DNA of 61,073 bases, the filler included. It is 9 parts of 9 records of this genome, joined end to end, with 100 filler letters (N's around TTAATTAATTAA, not from the genome) between each part and the next. Parts side by side here need not be neighbours in the genome. Positions count along the whole stretch, not along the records: positions 54,679 to 61,073 come from SRR31156797_61958; 8 more parts are not named here. One strand, given 5' to 3'. A program made the translations under genes and the position numbers. Shown here in pieces: positions 59,151 through 61,073 of this stretch (positions are counted from its first letter, which is position 1; each line of letters opens with the position of its first letter). Under the pieces are notes generated by a model, which was not told where the DNA came from, did no database searches, and saw nothing but the letters and a program-made list of their open reading frames with translations.

Positions 59151-59867
59151 TTAGCAGATTTCCGTAAATTTGCCGTCGCCCCGGACGACGTCCCCCAACC
59201 CTCCCGGATTTTGAAGCGAAAACACCAGGATGGGAACCTTATTGTCCCGCGCCAATACGATCGCGGATGCATCCATCACCTTCAAATCGCGAGTCAGCAC
59301 TTCGCGGTAGGTCAGTTTTTCAAAGCGTTCCGCCGACGTATCCTTCTTCGGATCGGCGCTATACACGCCGTCCACCTGCGTCCCCTTGAACAGCGCTTCA
59401 CAGCCCATTTCGACGGCACGCAAGGCGGCCGCCGTATCGGTCGTGAAAAACGGGTTGCCGGTGCCGGCGGCGAAAATAACGACGCGGCCTTTTTCCATGT
59501 GCCGGATGGCGCGGCGCCGGATGTAGGATTCGCATACCGAGGCGATCGGAATGGCCGATTGCACGCGGGTTTCGATGCCGAGCTTTTCGAGGACGTTCTG
59601 CATCGCCAATGCGTTAATGACGGTCGCCAGCATGCCCATATAGTCGGCGCCGGCGCGTTCGAGCCCGGCATCCTGCGCCATATTGCCGCGGAAAATGTTT
59701 CCGGCTCCAATCACCAACGATATCTGAACGCCAAGGTCGGCCACCGATTTGACCTCTTCGGCAATGCGATTGACGACCCCGAAATCGTAACCGAATTCAC
59801 GATCGCCCATCAGGGCTTCGCCCGAAAGCTTAACCAGGATTCGGCTGTATTTCGTTTTTGGCGGCAT
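59151..59867 (-). CDS. pyrH: Uridylate kinase
   Basis: KLSGEAL, GNIFRG and [11 protein letters not shown] motifs. Confidence 0.96.
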   Translation of the reverse strand: MPPKTKYSRILVKLSGEALMGDREFGYDFGVVNRIAEEVKSVADLGVQISLVIGAGNIFRGNMAQDAGLERAGADYMGMLATVINALAMQNVLEKLGIETRVQSAIPIASVCESYIRRRAIRHMEKGRVVIFAAGTGNPFFTTDTAAALRAVEMGCEALFKGTQVDGVYSADPKKDTSAERFEKLTYREVLTRDLKVMDASAIVLARDNKVPILVFSLQNPGGLGDVVRGDGKFTEIC

Positions 59868-60065
59868 ATCGGGCCCGTTTGTCAGATCGGATTAGAAAAC
59901 AGCCGCGGGTATTTTCCGCGGCCTTGCCGGAGCGGCCTGAAGCGCTCTCGCCAACAAGCTCCCCCCGGAACCTATGCAGATACTACACCATTCACTGCAT
60001 ACCGGTCTTGGGGATTTTGGCCGAATGGGCCGCCCCGGCATTCCCCGGAAGCGGCCCGTTTCGAA

Positions 60066-60974
60066 TCAGCTGCCGGCCGCGGCCGCGACTTCGGCGGCGA
60101 AATCGTCGTCCTTTTTCGCCAAGCCTTCGCCAAGCGCGTAGCGAACGAACCCGCTGACCTTCGCACCGGCGTCCTCGACAACCTTGCCGACCTGGGTTTC
60201 GCCGTCGATCACGAAGGTCTGATCGACCAAGCAGACCTCTTCGTAATATTTGCGCAACCGCCCCTCGACCATCTTCTCGATGATGTTTTCCGGCTTGCCG
60301 CTGGCCCGCGCCTGATCGGCCAAAACGGTCTTTTCGCGCTCAAGCGTCTCGGGATCGAGGTCTTCGCGCGAAACCGACTGCGGATTGGCCGCCGCAACAT
60401 GCATCGCGACCTGTTTTCCGGCCGTCGCCAGATCGGCGCCGTCGGCATCGGAAGCAAGCGCCACCAGCACGCCGATCTTGCCAAGGCCGTCGGCGACCGA
60501 ATTGTGCAGGTAGGAGCCGAGAACACCCTTCTCCACCTTCAGCGAGACGGCACGCCGCAGGGACATGTTCTCGCCGATCGTCGCGATCATATGGGTCAAT
60601 TGGTCGGCGACATTGCGGTCGGTTCCCGGGAAGGGGGCCGCTTTGACCGCCTCCAGATCGCCGTCCTTATCAAGGGCGATCCGGGCCGCCGTGCGGACAT
60701 ATTCCTGGAAGGTCTCGTTCCTGGAAACGAAGTCCGTTTCGGCGTTGATTTCGATCAGGGCGCCGGCATTTCCGTCGACGACGATACCGACAAGCCCTTC
60801 CGAAGCCGCCCGGCCCGCCTTCTTGGCGGCGGCGGCCAGGCCTTTCTTGCGCAGCCAGTCGACCGAGGCTTCGATGTCGCCGTCGTTTTCGCCGAGCGCC
60901 TTTTTACAATCCATCATGCCAGCGCCGGTGCGCTCACGCAGTTCCTTCACCATGGAAGCGGTGATCTGTGCCAT
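60066..60974 (-). CDS. tsf: Elongation factor Ts
   Basis: [19 protein letters not shown] and ETDFV motifs. Confidence 0.97.
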   Translation of the reverse strand: MAQITASMVKELRERTGAGMMDCKKALGENDGDIEASVDWLRKKGLAAAAKKAGRAASEGLVGIVVDGNAGALIEINAETDFVSRNETFQEYVRTAARIALDKDGDLEAVKAAPFPGTDRNVADQLTHMIATIGENMSLRRAVSLKVEKGVLGSYLHNSVADGLGKIGVLVALASDADGADLATAGKQVAMHVAAANPQSVSREDLDPETLEREKTVLADQARASGKPENIIEKMVEGRLRKYYEEVCLVDQTFVIDGETQVGKVVEDAGAKVSGFVRYALGEGLAKKDDDFAAEVAAAAGS

Positions 60975-61033
60975 TTTCTTCCTCGTCCGTTCGCTTTCGG
61001 GTTTCGGGATTACCCGGTTAAACTGTTGCTCGC

Positions 61034-61073
61034 CTAGGCGCTTGCCTTCGCTTCTTCGGCAGCAGGCTCGGCC
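61034..61073 (-). CDS. rpsB: Probable C-terminal tail of 30S ribosomal protein S2
   Basis: ...[12 protein letters not shown] directly upstream of tsf; call rests on conserved rpsB-tsf synteny. Confidence 0.6.
   Translation of the reverse strand, partial: AEPAAEEAKASA

Noticed and set aside
59211-61037. 608-aa plus-strand ORF
   Set aside because: Antisense shadow of pyrH and tsf.
54679-61073. rpsB-tsf-pyrH-frr-uppS-cdsA-dxr-rseP cluster
   Set aside because: Canonical alphaproteobacterial housekeeping gene order with nothing unusual seen.

Overview
This window is not one locus. It is nine unrelated contigs joined by eight artificial 100-nt spacers (N-run + TTAATTAATTAA + N-run). Taxonomic labels are inferred from gene content and protein style. 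(1) 1-5998, planctomycete-like: ribE end, pdxA, rsmA, three tandem prepilin-type/DUF1559-like genes, fumarate hydratase alpha. (2) 6099-11803, spirochaete-like: hybrid histidine kinase, DUF318 permease pair, MCP. (3) 11904-20230, Rhodospirillales-like: IclR end, nfi, sixA, TPR protein, EF-hand protein, two PEMT/ICMT-type methyltransferases, cytochrome b, a cluster of microproteins, atpC/atpD. (4) 20331-26312, planctomycete-like: large repeat-containing secreted protein, orphan solute-binding protein plus HAMP kinase. (5) 26413-36017, spirochaete-like: Hpt protein, ftsH, topA, flavoprotein, murE, DUF212, ddl. (6) 36118-42182, Desulfobacterales-like: flhB-flhA-flhF-flhG-fliA plus an acidic SQDDID-repeat protein. 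(7) 42283-47961, alphaproteobacterial: DUF2336, PAS-GGDEF-EAL, pip, PagL-like, truncated tRNA-Arg. (8) 48062-54578, Desulfobacterales-like: dpp/opp ABC operon and a secreted hypothetical protein. (9) 54679-61073, alphaproteobacterial: rseP-dxr-cdsA-uppS-frr-pyrH-tsf-rpsB. The best leads are three. One is a stand-alone secreted bacterial protein resembling the domain shared by plant extra-large G proteins and EDR4 (53875-54450). Another is a protein after fliA with at least three tandem FliM/CheZ-type CheY~P-binding motifs (41922-42182). The third is an island of microproteins, including a Zn-finger ORF and a membrane ORF missing from the ORF track (16888-19072). No CRISPR array, rRNA or transposase was seen.
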